This document shows, in pieces, positions 47,790-59,200 of a stretch of 64,000 bases of DNA (the first letter of the stretch is position 1; the number at the start of each line of letters is the position of its first letter). A model generated the notes under the pieces. That model did no database searches, was not told the DNA's origin, and saw only the letters and a list, made by a program, of their open reading frames with translations. Both the position numbers and the translations under genes were made by a program. Source of the stretch: a virus (taxonomy: Duplodnaviria > Caudoviricetes); the IMG/VR virus record IMGVR_UViG_3300031555_002371, positions 1 to 64,000 of that record; one strand, written 5' to 3'.

Positions 47790-48173
47790 TTACCACGACA
47801 GAACTTGATACTGCCATCCGCTCATTATCGCATCTCTCGAATAGACTTCGGTAGAGCTTGTCGAAGGATATACTGCAACAGAATCACTATAATTAGGATG
47901 AATCACTCCATATTGGGGGCTTACAACATAATTGTCAGTGTTATAAGAACTTGTTACCCACGCGCCCCAAGTCATCCCTTGATCGGCTTGGTAACTTGTA
48001 CCGTCAATGGTAAAGGAAATAAGACCGGTACCACCAAAGGTTGCCGTGCCTACAATGCGCTCGCCTTTGGCATTATAGGCGATCACACCCTCCGCGAGTG
48101 TCTCTGGTGTAACTGTGGAATCTGTTAAATCAACAAGAGTATCTCCGTCATAAATAACCTTATTGACTGCCAT
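47790..48173 (-). CDS. Tail-associated protein
   Basis: NKVIYDG.TL.DLT N-terminus and GMTW C-terminal module shared with neighbours. Confidence 0.65.
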   Translation of the reverse strand: MAVNKVIYDGDTLVDLTDSTVTPETLAEGVIAYNAKGERIVGTATFGGTGLISFTIDGTSYQADQGMTWGAWVTSSYNTDNYVVSPQYGVIHPNYSDSVAVYPSTSSTEVYSRDAIMSGWQYQVLSW

Positions 48174-48185
48174 TTACATCACCTC

Positions 48186-49010
48186 TTAATACGAAAGAAC
48201 TTGGTACTGTCCTCCGCTAATTATCACGTCTGACGATGTAACTACGCTACCATTTTGCGAAGGATATACTGCAGTAGAAGTTGAACCATAAGGCTGAATT
48301 ACTCTGTCGATTGGGTCTACCGCATAATTGTCAGTGTTATAGCTGCTATCAACCCACGCCCCCCAAGTCATTCCTTGATTGGCTTGATAGCTTTTACTGT
48401 CAATGGAGAAGGAAATCAGAGTGCCACCACCGCCGCCGATCGTTACCGTCTTGCCCCCTGCGGAATTGTTGGTTTCCACATAGGGAATCGAAGAAACCGT
48501 TACCTCTGACAGATAGTTATATCCCGAATCAGGAAGAACGGTCTGTTGCGTTGCCGACGGCGTAATAGTTTTGGATTGCGCTTTAACACCTTCTGTTCCC
48601 GACATAGTACCTTCTACACCGAGAATCGTTACACCATCGCGGATGTTAGCAGGAATCAGCTTCGCCTGTTCTGTCGAGTCAATCTGTACTGTGCCAGAGC
48701 CATCGTGATAGCCCTGCGGCACGGTGTATTTTCCTGATTTAGACGAAATCGTTCCGCTGACAGCACCTTTGTTTGGCATTGTGCCTGTAACCATGACGCC
48801 TCTGACATAAGCTGTTTGACCTGCAATGATTTCGTCCTGCGCAGCATTGGCTTCACTTGTATCAGCATCGTAAGGACAAGTTCCTTCAATAAGTTCGCCG
48901 TCTTTACCGTGCGCCGTTGCGCCTATAAGAAGCTTGTCTTTTGTAACAGTGTCATTCGTTAAGTCAATAAGTGTTTCGCCTGCGTAAATAACTTTTGAAA
49001 TTTTTGCCAT
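48186..49010 (-). CDS. Tail-associated protein
   Basis: GYHDGSG, LIPANIRDGVTILGV, PDSGYNYLS, C-terminal GMTW module. Confidence 0.7.
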   Translation of the reverse strand: MAKISKVIYAGETLIDLTNDTVTKDKLLIGATAHGKDGELIEGTCPYDADTSEANAAQDEIIAGQTAYVRGVMVTGTMPNKGAVSGTISSKSGKYTVPQGYHDGSGTVQIDSTEQAKLIPANIRDGVTILGVEGTMSGTEGVKAQSKTITPSATQQTVLPDSGYNYLSEVTVSSIPYVETNNSAGGKTVTIGGGGGTLISFSIDSKSYQANQGMTWGAWVDSSYNTDNYAVDPIDRVIQPYGSTSTAVYPSQNGSVVTSSDVIISGGQYQVLSY

Positions 49011-49026
49011 AATTTTACCTCTTTCT

Positions 49027-49410
49027 TTATCCTATATTGACGGTCTTTCCGCCTTCGTTATTAGATACCTCGCTATAAGGTATTTCTTTTACAAATAGGT
49101 CTTGCTCCATAATTGCCTGCGCTGTTGGTAGCTGCTGTTTTTGGGTGGATGGAGTTACTTCGTAGTTTCCCGAATATACTTTGAGTTCGGCAAGAACACG
49201 CTGTACGATCAGTGCTATATCAGCTTCTGTCAGCGTGTACGAGCCATTACCGCCACCGCCGCCGTTAGCGAGAATACTTGCAAGAACTTCGTCTAAACGC
49301 TTGCCAGTATCATCAACTTGCACATCTCGTGCATTGACAAGTGGGAATTCTCCGTTATTCTTCGGCTTGATGCCGCTAATCAGTTCAATAGAACCATTGT
49401 ACTCTGCCAT
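49027..49410 (-). CDS. Tail-associated protein
   Basis: YEVTP..IPYSEVSNNEGGKTVNIG, shared with the 48186 gene. Confidence 0.65.
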   Translation of the reverse strand: MAEYNGSIELISGIKPKNNGEFPLVNARDVQVDDTGKRLDEVLASILANGGGGGNGSYTLTEADIALIVQRVLAELKVYSGNYEVTPSTQKQQLPTAQAIMEQDLFVKEIPYSEVSNNEGGKTVNIG

Positions 49411-49422
49411 ATTTCACCCCAC

Positions 49423-50076
49423 TTACGAAACAGTTATGGTTGTAGAACCAAGGCTTGCATTATCGGAACGATAAATATAGTATGATTCACTATATCCGCT
49501 ACCATTGGTAATATTGATTGTATTTACAAGAGTGAAACCGCCACCGAAACCGCCAACATTAAACGAACACGCTCCCATCCTTGAAGGAATTGCGTACCAA
49601 ATATATTCTCCCGAATTAGCAGTTACAGTAAATGTTTGTTCTTTTGAACTTGCCAAAGCCGAAGACATTGCTTCTGTCGTGAATTCGATCGCCGTTCCCC
49701 AATATGCCCTATTCAAGAATGTCACGCTCGTAGTCTTGATGGTGGCAGTTCCTTTTTCATCTTCAGCAGTTAATGTCCAAGTTTTATCGTTTTTGATATT
49801 CAGGTTAGTTAATGTTATACTGCCGGTAGTACCAGCGGTTTGAATGACATTTCCGTCAATTTTTACACTTGACGCTGGTTTATTAAGCGACCAGTCCAGT
49901 GTGACCGATGTGATATTGGAACCAATTTCTGCACTCGTAATACTGCTGCTGAAGCTATTGATCTCTATTGGGATGTATAGGGCTTCTGCAAGTCTGTCCT
50001 CTATCTTTTGAATCAGTGAGTCATAGACATAATCCAAAGATTCAACTGTTACCAATTTATTTTTAATATCTGCCAT
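49423..50076 (-). CDS. Putative structural protein (beta-rich)
   Basis: Ig-like composition; resembles the C-terminus of the 53244 gene. Confidence 0.6.
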   Translation of the reverse strand: MADIKNKLVTVESLDYVYDSLIQKIEDRLAEALYIPIEINSFSSSITSAEIGSNITSVTLDWSLNKPASSVKIDGNVIQTAGTTGSITLTNLNIKNDKTWTLTAEDEKGTATIKTTSVTFLNRAYWGTAIEFTTEAMSSALASSKEQTFTVTANSGEYIWYAIPSRMGACSFNVGGFGGGFTLVNTINITNGSGYSESYYIYRSDNASLGSTTITVS

Positions 50077-50126
50077 AGCAAGCTCCTTTCTTAAGTATTT
50101 TAAGTGTTTTGCTTCCGCAAATATAA

Positions 50127-50155
50127 TAGAGTAGGGAGGATTTCTCCCTACTCTA
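50127..50155 (-). terminator. Hairpin/terminator
   Basis: TAGAGTAGGGAG-GATTT-CTCCCTACTCTA. Confidence 0.55.
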
Positions 50156-50165
50156 TAAAGTTATA

Positions 50166-51323
50166 TTAAGAAGCAAACATGGCGTCAATTTCTGCGGTAG
50201 TAATCTCTACATAAGTTACGGACTTCAAGTTGTCAACGTCTGTTCTTAAATCAGTAACTTCTCCATCAGCGAGTGCGGTTACTGCGCTCTGTGCGTCAGT
50301 ACCGGCTTTCTTCGCATCGGCAATAGCATTTGCGGTAGCTCCACCTTCAGCAAGGGATGCTTCAAGCTTGTCGATATCGCCTGCGTTGGTTGCAATACCA
50401 GAAAGGTCAACGTCACCAATCGCATCGTTTGTATACTGCTTAGCGGCTTCGAGAGCGGCATCTGCCTTTGCCTGCGCGTTAGCGTCAGCGTTATCAGCTT
50501 TGTCAAGAGAAGCCTGTACTGCGGTAGACAGTTTCTCTTTGGTTACATTGCCGTTTGCAATTTTCTCGGTTGTAACGGCATTAGCGGCAAGCTCAGTCGC
50601 AGTAATAGAACCAGCGACAACGGTTGCGCTAATTTCTCTTGTAGCGGAATCAACGACAAGCTGAATCTGAGTAGCGTTTGCCTGTGCCTTGTAAATATCG
50701 ACAAGAGTGCCAACGTTTACATAGATAACATCGTTTGTTGCATTTGCAAGAACGAGCTTGATATAAGTACCTGCTGTCTGACCTTCAGGGTTAACTACAA
50801 CTTCACCGGACTCAACTACCATGTCCTTAGGAATGTCGATGACTCCAATTTTAGCTTCGCCCTGATAAATTGTATAAGACTTAGCCGCACCTTCAGACGT
50901 GGTGTCGGTCGCAATAGAAATAGCCGCAGCAGTACCACCTGCAGATACGGAACGTCTAACCTCGTTGATGGCATCTACGATGTTATCCTTGTCAGTTGTT
51001 TCAAGGCCTTCAAGAGCGCCAATTTCGCCCTGAACCTCATCCTTTGCATCCTTAACGGCTTTCTTAACGCTGCCCTCGGTAGCCTCGTCGCCGTTCAACG
51101 TCTCAATTGCTTCCTTATTGGTCTTTACCTGACCATCAGCAAGTTCCTTAACCTTTGTTTCCGCAGTACCGGCAGCGTCATAATTCTCTGCAAGACTGTC
51201 ACTGTAATCCTTTGCATCCTGAAGGGTCTTAGCATCACCATTGTTGATCTCTGTTCTGATGTTCTCAACCAGTCTCTCAACGCCTTCTGTACCTAAAAAT
51301 TTCTTTTCGATAAGTTCTGCCAT
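50166..51323 (-). CDS. Putative tail/structural protein
   Basis: Ala-rich coiled coil, IDIPKDMVV motif; in the tail operon. Confidence 0.7.
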   Translation of the reverse strand: MAELIEKKFLGTEGVERLVENIRTEINNGDAKTLQDAKDYSDSLAENYDAAGTAETKVKELADGQVKTNKEAIETLNGDEATEGSVKKAVKDAKDEVQGEIGALEGLETTDKDNIVDAINEVRRSVSAGGTAAAISIATDTTSEGAAKSYTIYQGEAKIGVIDIPKDMVVESGEVVVNPEGQTAGTYIKLVLANATNDVIYVNVGTLVDIYKAQANATQIQLVVDSATREISATVVAGSITATELAANAVTTEKIANGNVTKEKLSTAVQASLDKADNADANAQAKADAALEAAKQYTNDAIGDVDLSGIATNAGDIDKLEASLAEGGATANAIADAKKAGTDAQSAVTALADGEVTDLRTDVDNLKSVTYVEITTAEIDAMFAS

Positions 51324-51356
51324 AATAAAAGTCTCCTTTTTAATAAAATAATTGTT

Positions 51357-51827
51357 TTATCTTTGAAATAACGCATCAATATCTTCTGCGGTCATTTCCA
51401 CTGTTTTATCAGCTACAATAACATACTGTAATGTAGCTTCGTCCCATATAGATATCGCTTTATTTGCTTTATCTACATATAGGGTTTTCACTGAACCCAA
51501 TTTAGGCAATTCTGTGCCAATAAAAATTATTTCTTTGGGTGGGGTAGTAATTTGAATCCAACCAGATTCTTGATATGACCAGAATACCGCCGTATCAATT
51601 ACAAAATAATAAGAACCAGTCACAGGAGCAAGTAAAGACTTCCTTGTCTGCTCTGTTTCCAGTTCGATAATCTGATTATAAAAAACACGTTTGTCGCCAT
51701 AATCAAGGGCGATTCGATGCTTATCTTGAACAAAAATAAGTTGCCCGTTCTTTATCGTAAGCTCGGACAAACGACTTCCCACCGTGGCACAAACTGACAG
51801 AATCGGATAGGTGATTGTATCTGTCAC
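51357..51827 (-). CDS. Hypothetical structural-region protein
   Basis: GTG start with SD GGAGG. Confidence 0.65.
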   Translation of the reverse strand: MTDTITYPILSVCATVGSRLSELTIKNGQLIFVQDKHRIALDYGDKRVFYNQIIELETEQTRKSLLAPVTGSYYFVIDTAVFWSYQESGWIQITTPPKEIIFIGTELPKLGSVKTLYVDKANKAISIWDEATLQYVIVADKTVEMTAEDIDALFQR

Positions 51828-51849
51828 GTGCCTACCTCCTCTAAATTAA

Positions 51850-53226
51850 TTAGAATTCAACAACTGCCAATGCGGAAGTTATCTGTTCGTCGGTGTAGGT
51901 TTTTGAAGTATCAATTGCTTCTTGTTTTGCCGTAGCGATAGCTGTTGCACTTGCCGTACCGCCAGAACCAACTGCGGTATCAATATAGGATTTAATGGTT
52001 GTATCAGTAGGAATACCGCCAATTCTTTCCTCTAACGCATCAGAGGCGTTCTGTGCTGCCGCGTCAAGAATTTCTTCCTTTGCGGTAGCGATTTTAGCAT
52101 CAACCTCAGAACCGCTAACTTTACTATTGATATTTTCTTCAAGCGTTTGACGGTAAGTGTCCTCTTCTGTTTTGGTATAAGCATCTGTGATACCGTAACC
52201 AGCAAGAGTTTTGGCTTTATTTGCTTTTTCCTCAAACTTGCCATCAAGACCGAGAGCATCTACAATGCCTTGTGCTTCCTCTTTTGCGGCAGCAAGCAAT
52301 TCTGCCTGAGTTTTGTCATAGGTATCGAGCTGTGCTTTATTAGTATGTTCATGTGCTTTTGCAATCGCATCATTCAGAGATGCAATCTGAATGCCAGCAC
52401 CCTTGATTACCTTACCAGTAACAGAGTCAAATACAACGATTTCACCAATAGTTGTAGTATCGGCAGTAGAAGTAACTGCGCCGTCAATATTGCTCTGAAG
52501 AACCATAAAGTCCGCATCAGATGCAGTATCAGCGTTGTAGTCCCTTACAACAAGAATTAAGTCGCCAACTTCGCATTCCACGCCAGCATATGTGCCATCT
52601 TCGGCTACGCGATAGCTTCTGCCAGCCTTATATTCTGTAGGAATAGGATTGGTCGAATCAACAATGTCTGGGATAGAAGATTCTTTTAACTGCGCAAATA
52701 AACTTTCAACATAAGGTTTAAGTGCCACTTCATCTTCTCCAACCTTAACAACTCCGGAGAATACAGGATTGCTAATAGGCGCTTTTTCGTCAAGGGCAGC
52801 TTCAAGCTCATCTACTTTATCGGATATGGTCTGAATATTCGTAGTAACATCCCAGAACACATTCTTCCATGCGCTTCCAGTCCAAATAGAACCAGTAGTC
52901 CCACAAATATAAAGAATACCTTGCTCCTGACCGGATTCGGGTAATACGTCAACAACCAATACGTATTGCTTCAAATCGGCTGCCGAGATTGCACCAACTT
53001 CTTCTAAAACATAGCCGGACTCAGATGGCTGAAGAATATATTCATGATACTTGCCATCTTCGAGCTTTGCTTTAATAGTCTGACCTTCATATGCAATCGC
53101 AGAAGCGGCATAAGTTTCAGCTTCTGCAAGAGTGCTATGGATTTCCGATGCATCAAGAGGTAAAGCCTGTCCTCTTGACATAGCCTTTACCCATACAAGT
53201 AAATTCTTACTTTCAATTGCAGACAT
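51850..53226 (-). CDS. Putative tail-associated protein
   Basis: KTLAGYGITDAY fibre-like motif; CEVGDLIL. Confidence 0.65.
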   Translation of the reverse strand: MSAIESKNLLVWVKAMSRGQALPLDASEIHSTLAEAETYAASAIAYEGQTIKAKLEDGKYHEYILQPSESGYVLEEVGAISAADLKQYVLVVDVLPESGQEQGILYICGTTGSIWTGSAWKNVFWDVTTNIQTISDKVDELEAALDEKAPISNPVFSGVVKVGEDEVALKPYVESLFAQLKESSIPDIVDSTNPIPTEYKAGRSYRVAEDGTYAGVECEVGDLILVVRDYNADTASDADFMVLQSNIDGAVTSTADTTTIGEIVVFDSVTGKVIKGAGIQIASLNDAIAKAHEHTNKAQLDTYDKTQAELLAAAKEEAQGIVDALGLDGKFEEKANKAKTLAGYGITDAYTKTEEDTYRQTLEENINSKVSGSEVDAKIATAKEEILDAAAQNASDALEERIGGIPTDTTIKSYIDTAVGSGGTASATAIATAKQEAIDTSKTYTDEQITSALAVVEF

Positions 53227-53243
53227 AGTATTTTACCTCCTTT

Positions 53244-54227
53244 TTAAATTGTTACCTTGAATGTCATGGTTGCCGCTGCGGGAACTGCCATAGCATAGGT
53301 GTACACCTTATAAGATGTTTTGCCATTTTCTCCGCCACGTGCGTCAGCAACATCAAGTGTTGTCTTGGTAAAGTTGCTCGCCATACCACCATCATTTGCT
53401 TCAACATAAGTAACATTGTTAATGTCGCGCAATGTAGCAGGGTATGCAATAACAATATATTGCTGTCCAACATCAACTGTAATGTTAAAAGAGTATCCCT
53501 GTGTGGGTGCAAGTTTCTTATTTGTCAATGCACGAACAACATCAGATGTCAATGTAGGAATACTACCAACGCCTGTTCCATAGAACAGATTTCTCTTGCC
53601 TGTAATGTTATAATCAGAAGAAGTCATAGTGTCTCCTGCGAACCAGTTCTCAGTGGATTCTGCTCCGAGGTTATTCTTCTTTACAGGTGCATCACCATAT
53701 GTGGCTGATGCGCTAAATGTAATAGTTTCATCACCAACAACAATTGCTTCGCCTTCGTATGTAAGCGGTGAAGTCGTGCCATTTGCAACCTGTGTAGAAC
53801 CTTTTAAAATAGAGATTGCAGATAAATCTCCCGCATCATTCTGAGTAAAGGTTGCTTTGAGCTTTGGTGTAACCGATGTACCAGCTTCAACATTACCGGA
53901 TGCCTGTCCACCATTGTTAGAAATTGTTAATGTGGGCTTTGTATAAGTAGCGGGAATAGCTTTCTGTGTAATTAGCGCAACAAGATCGTCAAAAGTTGTG
54001 TTAGTGGGAACGGTATCGCCATCCTCCAACGCTCCAAGTGATACACCATTCAATGTATGTGCCTTTTGCGTTCTCGGTGTGTTGATAACTGTGTTCTTGT
54101 TTTTATCAACCCAACCAATCTCGCCATTGTCCATAAAAATCACGTCAAATTCGTCGATTTTTCCAGAATCTTTGGCTGTCTGAATGTTTTCCTTGCTACC
54201 AAAAGCGTGTTTTGATAAATTCGACAT
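53244..54227 (-). CDS. Putative structural protein
   Basis: Thr-rich beta protein in the tail operon. Confidence 0.65.
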   Translation of the reverse strand: MSNLSKHAFGSKENIQTAKDSGKIDEFDVIFMDNGEIGWVDKNKNTVINTPRTQKAHTLNGVSLGALEDGDTVPTNTTFDDLVALITQKAIPATYTKPTLTISNNGGQASGNVEAGTSVTPKLKATFTQNDAGDLSAISILKGSTQVANGTTSPLTYEGEAIVVGDETITFSASATYGDAPVKKNNLGAESTENWFAGDTMTSSDYNITGKRNLFYGTGVGSIPTLTSDVVRALTNKKLAPTQGYSFNITVDVGQQYIVIAYPATLRDINNVTYVEANDGGMASNFTKTTLDVADARGGENGKTSYKVYTYAMAVPAAATMTFKVTI

Positions 54228-54279
54228 AGTTTTGTCCTCCTGTTATGAATTTATGATGTAATAATTACATTCAAGAAAA

Positions 54280-54759
54280 TTAAAACTCGATAACTTCAAA
54301 TCCATCTCCGTCAGATGGGGTAATTATTCCATCATTGGGCGAGTCGGTTGTTCCATCATCGGGATTATCAGAGGGTATATCAAGATGTTGATAACAAGGA
54401 TTGACTGCATTAATGGATATATTTGTTTCTCCACTATGCAAAATATGTTGCTTTCCTTTGTTCAACACCAAATGTATAGTTATGTCTCCTGCGAATTTTG
54501 TAAGCTCGCTATCGACAGGCAAATAAAAACATAACATACGATTTTGATATAATTCATTAGATAACAATAATTTTTCTGAATGAATAGTATTACCTTTGTC
54601 AATATATTTTAGCGTTGTTGTAAAATCGGATAACTTCAAATCGTTATATTTTTGTGGAATGAGGAATCTGAATTTATCAACTAATTTCTCGCCTTGGAAT
54701 AAAGTTTTCACAACAGTTTTTGATAAACTTTTATCGCCATTCATAAGTATCGTGTACAT
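54280..54759 (-). CDS. Hypothetical protein (BppU N-terminal-like)
   Basis: LPVDSELTKFAGDI pattern; SD GGAGG. Confidence 0.55.
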   Translation of the reverse strand: MYTILMNGDKSLSKTVVKTLFQGEKLVDKFRFLIPQKYNDLKLSDFTTTLKYIDKGNTIHSEKLLLSNELYQNRMLCFYLPVDSELTKFAGDITIHLVLNKGKQHILHSGETNISINAVNPCYQHLDIPSDNPDDGTTDSPNDGIITPSDGDGFEVIEF

Positions 54760-54780
54760 GAAAAACCTCCTTCCATATTA

Positions 54781-55236
54781 TTAAGATTGTGTACTTAAAT
54801 AAGTTATTACCTCTTCAACCGTTGCAACCTCAATTGTTGTTGGTATGGATGGAGAATCATTTCCAGTATCTCCACCAGGATTTCCACCATGATTTCCGTC
54901 AGAACCACCGCTTTCATTATCGGCTGCAAAAGGGTCTTTGATTGCTAATAAACTAATCTCAAATGTTTTTGCAATTTTACTCGCATTTGTACCCTGCAAA
55001 GCTAAAGTAAATTCACCCGCTTTGATTTCTTTTGGTAGAAAAACAGCGTTTTCACTATCAAGTGTTTGATTATATGGATTTCCATTTTGTTTAAATTGTG
55101 CAAATGAAGTTAAGCTAATCCAATCACCAGATAAATCAAAAACGAAACGGATGAAGTTTTGCGTACCTACAACAAAACGTTTTTGATTGGTTGCAATTTT
55201 TAATTTCTGACCAATTACATCAACATATATATCCAT
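54781..55236 (-). CDS. Hypothetical structural-region protein
   Basis: SD AGGAG; in operon. Confidence 0.6.
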   Translation of the reverse strand: MDIYVDVIGQKLKIATNQKRFVVGTQNFIRFVFDLSGDWISLTSFAQFKQNGNPYNQTLDSENAVFLPKEIKAGEFTLALQGTNASKIAKTFEISLLAIKDPFAADNESGGSDGNHGGNPGGDTGNDSPSIPTTIEVATVEEVITYLSTQS

Positions 55237-55269
55237 TTTATCTCTCCTAACTACAATATAATATTAACT

Positions 55270-55821
55270 TCATTCATTTGCTTTTTTTACATATTCTGCA
55301 GTACCGACATATCTATGTTCGACATCACGAGGCGGTCGTTTCGGCAATGCGCGAAGTTCATTCATAAGACCTAAGACGAATGAGTTTCCATGTTCTTTCT
55401 CGTAAATAGCATATCGTTTTTCGAGACATTCCATAGAGTAATCATCTATCCACTCCTGTTCGTACACAAATTTGTGATGCTGTAGGGTAATAAATGATTT
55501 AATGTCCTCTTTGTCAGATTCGATTAACATTTCAATAGAATCTTCTATCTTCTTAAACCTATTATCCGCATCGGCAAACCCTTTATCAACAACTGCCTTT
55601 TCTTCATAGAACTTATTCAAATCTTTGATTTCTTCTTCAATCCTATCATGTTCTTTCTTTTCCTCTAATGCCTTATTTGTCGATTTGCGAACTTTTGCTT
55701 TTATCCAATCAACAAAAGTAATTCCTTCTTTGATTGCCAAAATGAAAATTAGTGCAAATACCAAAAATTCCGCAAAAGAGTATTTAGAAAGAAAGTCTCC
55801 GATTGATATAATATCTTTCAT
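55270..55821 (-). CDS. Single-TM protein, possibly holin-like
   Basis: N-terminal TM + coiled coil; YEKEHGNSFV motif. Confidence 0.55.
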   Translation of the reverse strand: MKDIISIGDFLSKYSFAEFLVFALIFILAIKEGITFVDWIKAKVRKSTNKALEEKKEHDRIEEEIKDLNKFYEEKAVVDKGFADADNRFKKIEDSIEMLIESDKEDIKSFITLQHHKFVYEQEWIDDYSMECLEKRYAIYEKEHGNSFVLGLMNELRALPKRPPRDVEHRYVGTAEYVKKANE

Positions 55822-55873
55822 AGGTAATCCTCCGTTGTTGGCGTGAGTGATTTACCTAAATCACCTAACGCTT

Positions 55874-56248
55874 TTATTTTTCTTCAATAAAGGCGAAAAG
55901 GGAAGTCATACCTTCAGTAGAGATTTTAATATCTTCCAACTCATCAAAAGTGATTGAGAGGGAAGGCTTGTCTACTTCTGTGGATTCAAGTTCAACGATT
56001 GCTTTGTGGCAATCACCACGCCATTCTTCTTTTATTTTAATACCCGTCTCTGTTTCAATGAATTTTCCCTTATCATCTTTTTCGCCATACTTTTCTATAA
56101 TTTCTTGCAATTTCTCTTTATAAAACTTTTCGTCAGTTTCAGTTGCAGAGAGGAATTTCAAGAATTTGTAAGCAAGTTTTCCAGCAATCTTTTCTTTGTA
56201 AAGCATTGCAACGGTCATTCTTGCTTTAATAATTTCAAATAATTTCAT
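55874..56248 (-). CDS. Hypothetical protein (DUF1617-like)
   Basis: KLAYK..IIEKYGEKDDKG; follows the tail spike gene. Confidence 0.55.
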   Translation of the reverse strand: MKLFEIIKARMTVAMLYKEKIAGKLAYKFLKFLSATETDEKFYKEKLQEIIEKYGEKDDKGKFIETETGIKIKEEWRGDCHKAIVELESTEVDKPSLSITFDELEDIKISTEGMTSLFAFIEEK

Positions 56249-56263
56249 TTCTTTATCTCTCCT

Positions 56264-59200
56264 TTATTGATTCAATAAATTTAAAAGTTGTTCTCTTAAT
56301 TCTTTGTTTTTTTGTTCGAGCGCTTCGACTTTTTCTTCCAAGGTTGCAGATCGTGCTTTGAGTTTTTGAATTTGCCAAGTATTTAGTGCTATAAATTCAT
56401 TATACCGCAATCCACTCCACTCTTGTTCTGTTCCTCTCCCAAAGGTACAAATTGCTCCAAACTCTTTTTCGTCTACGCCACCAGTAATTAGCGCATTCTG
56501 CACATCCTGCGTGATATATCCTGTATGATATCTGCCAGAATGACCATTGTTATATTTAAAGCGCTTGGGAATTAAATTGTCAAAAACAACATTATATCTA
56601 TCATCAAACTGCTCTATCGAATTTTTGAGGTTAGCGTCAGACCCAACAATGAAATCGTTATTCGGATCTACCCAAACGCCAGACATGATAGCTATACAGC
56701 CATTATCGTTCTCGTTAATAACTACACCCACTGACGAACCATCGTACCATGTGAATTCAAAACCGCCACCATCATAGACAGCTATATTCTTAGAAATATC
56801 ATCACCAGTATCGCCGCCTTCAAAGAACCACAAAGCGCCGTTCCAAAGTCTTGCGGTATAATGATCGGAAGTCGTTCTAACATCGCTACCTTCAATCAAA
56901 CTTCCGGATATTGTTCCCGTGATTTGTGCAGCATTCGCATACAGCGAGCCATCATCAAGGACGGCGAACATACTGGAACCAAGATTGCTATTGGATGATG
57001 CTCCGGCATAAAAACGCACGTATGAATAACTCACACCTTCTGTGTTTAAAAGCGATTTTTTTTTATACTGTAAAAGTTGGGAAGTGTTCCCGCTGTATAA
57101 ACCACAGCAACCATTGGTATTGGTTGATTTTAACGATGTCCCATCTATTGCCCATCCGCCGATTTTTCCTTTGTCAAACTCACAATCAAGACCTTCTACA
57201 AAGTCCGCCGTTATTTTTCCCTCAATAATAGCCACAACACCTGTTGGTGTTTGATAACCACTATCGTTTTCAAGGTCAGATACCTTTTCTGGAATACCAA
57301 ATGTAATTTTGTCAGCACTAATATCTATAGTAGAACCCTCACTGTCGGTTGCCTGCATACTAATTGATGCAGTGTTACCATTCACAGAAGTAGTCAATTT
57401 TAGTTTGGCAATCGCGCCGTCAGCATAGGCTTTAGCTTCCTGTTCTATATTGCTCATTGCACTATTAAGAGCTTCTTTTGTACTATAGGTTGCACTAATA
57501 TTGTTTTGAAAATAGGAAAGCGTTTCGTTAACATCGCTTATTACTTTACGTTCTACTTCGTTAATTGCTTTGCTAACAACATCTTTGGTTTCATAATTCG
57601 CCTCAAGAGTTTCACGTAATTCAACAACTGCGCCGTCAGCATAAGATTTGGCATTTAGTTCTACTTGGCTAATCGCTTCGCTAAGAGACTCATTTGTGCT
57701 ATAATCCGCCTCAATAGTTTCACGTAAACTTGAAACCGCTTTGTCAGCGTAGACTTCGGCGCTACGTTGTATTTCGTTAATTGCTTTGCTAACAACATCT
57801 TTGGTTTCATAATTCGCCTCAAGAGTGTCACGTAAACTTGAAACCGCGCCGTCAGCATAAGCTTTGGTTTCTCGTTCTACTTCGTTAATTGCAGAACTAA
57901 GATTCGTAACATCTGAAAGCCCAATTTGGAGTTTATTATTGGTTATTTTTAACCCGCCGATTTCACCAGATGTTGCTACAACCTCGCCGGTGATATACAA
58001 TCCATCTTTTGAAACTCGAAGAACATCTTCGTTGTTTACTTGAATAGATAAGATGTTATCCGTTGTATTTGGGTTTAACATAAATGTTGTCACATCATTA
58101 GTGACTATAAGCCCATTTTTGTTGAATTGGAGAGTTGCTCCAGAATTATAAATTCCTAATTGCTCGCCCAAAATAATTTTACCAATAAGTGTTTCGCCAT
58201 TAATGCCATAAGCATATGTAAGTTCATTGGTGAGCGGGTCAATATAGTAATGGCTACCAACCGCAGTTTTAACCGTTATCCAATTATCATTTGTTATTGC
58301 GATTGTGGAGTTTATAATCTTTAATTGTTCATCCCCATATGTACCAGAAAGCGGCATATACTTACGGAACAACATACCATGTTCGTCGAATACATAGTCT
58401 TGATTGTCGGCACTATTTATAATCTTTAATGCTGTTAATGCAAGCCCATTTGTAGTCCAATCATCCAACTGTTTTCTACTATTATTACCTTGCTGTGCTT
58501 GATGTGCAACATTATCATAAGAAGATACAATGGATTTTAAATTTCCAATCACATCATCTATATCATCAATATCTGTTCCATCCTCTCTGACATCAGAAAA
58601 TGTTACAGATAAATCATCAAGATTATCAAAATCTATGCTAAATGAAAGCAAACGAACATCATAAACCGATTCATCACATTGAACATGGATAAAATTGCCC
58701 AATTCAAATTTATCGGTTAATCCATCAAACTCTTTCATTACCAAGAGATTTTTCAACGTTGATGTCAACGAATGTTGAAGATTTGCAGACTTGTATAATT
58801 CTTTTTTTGCAACCTCTATGAAATCCATTGCTCTATTAAACAATTCTGCATTGTCTAATCCATCGGAAATGTAGTTTGAATTTGAATACGTGTCTTCTCG
58901 ACGATACGCAATAAACATTAGCCACAAATCAGTTCCAAGGTATTTTTCAAAGTTTAAAGCATCTTGAATTTGACCTCTGAATGTATTTATTTCACTTTGA
59001 ACACTACCAATAAGGGCAATTTCTGACTCTCTTAAAGAAATTTCTTCCTGAATATAACTATGCTTATTTCTATATGGGAGGTATAAGTTATCATATAAAT
59101 TATCATCAGAACTACTCCAAGTTTCTCTATTCGCAGCACTTCGTTCGATTAAGATGTTTAAACAAGCCTCGCAGCTCTTATAAAACGCATTAAGTCTTGC

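Noticed and set aside
51343-51360. ATAAAA-TAATTG-TTTTAT matching the recombination-site-like core
   Set aside because: Almost entirely A/T, with no CGAAASTTTCG palindrome or partner nearby; a chance match is plausible
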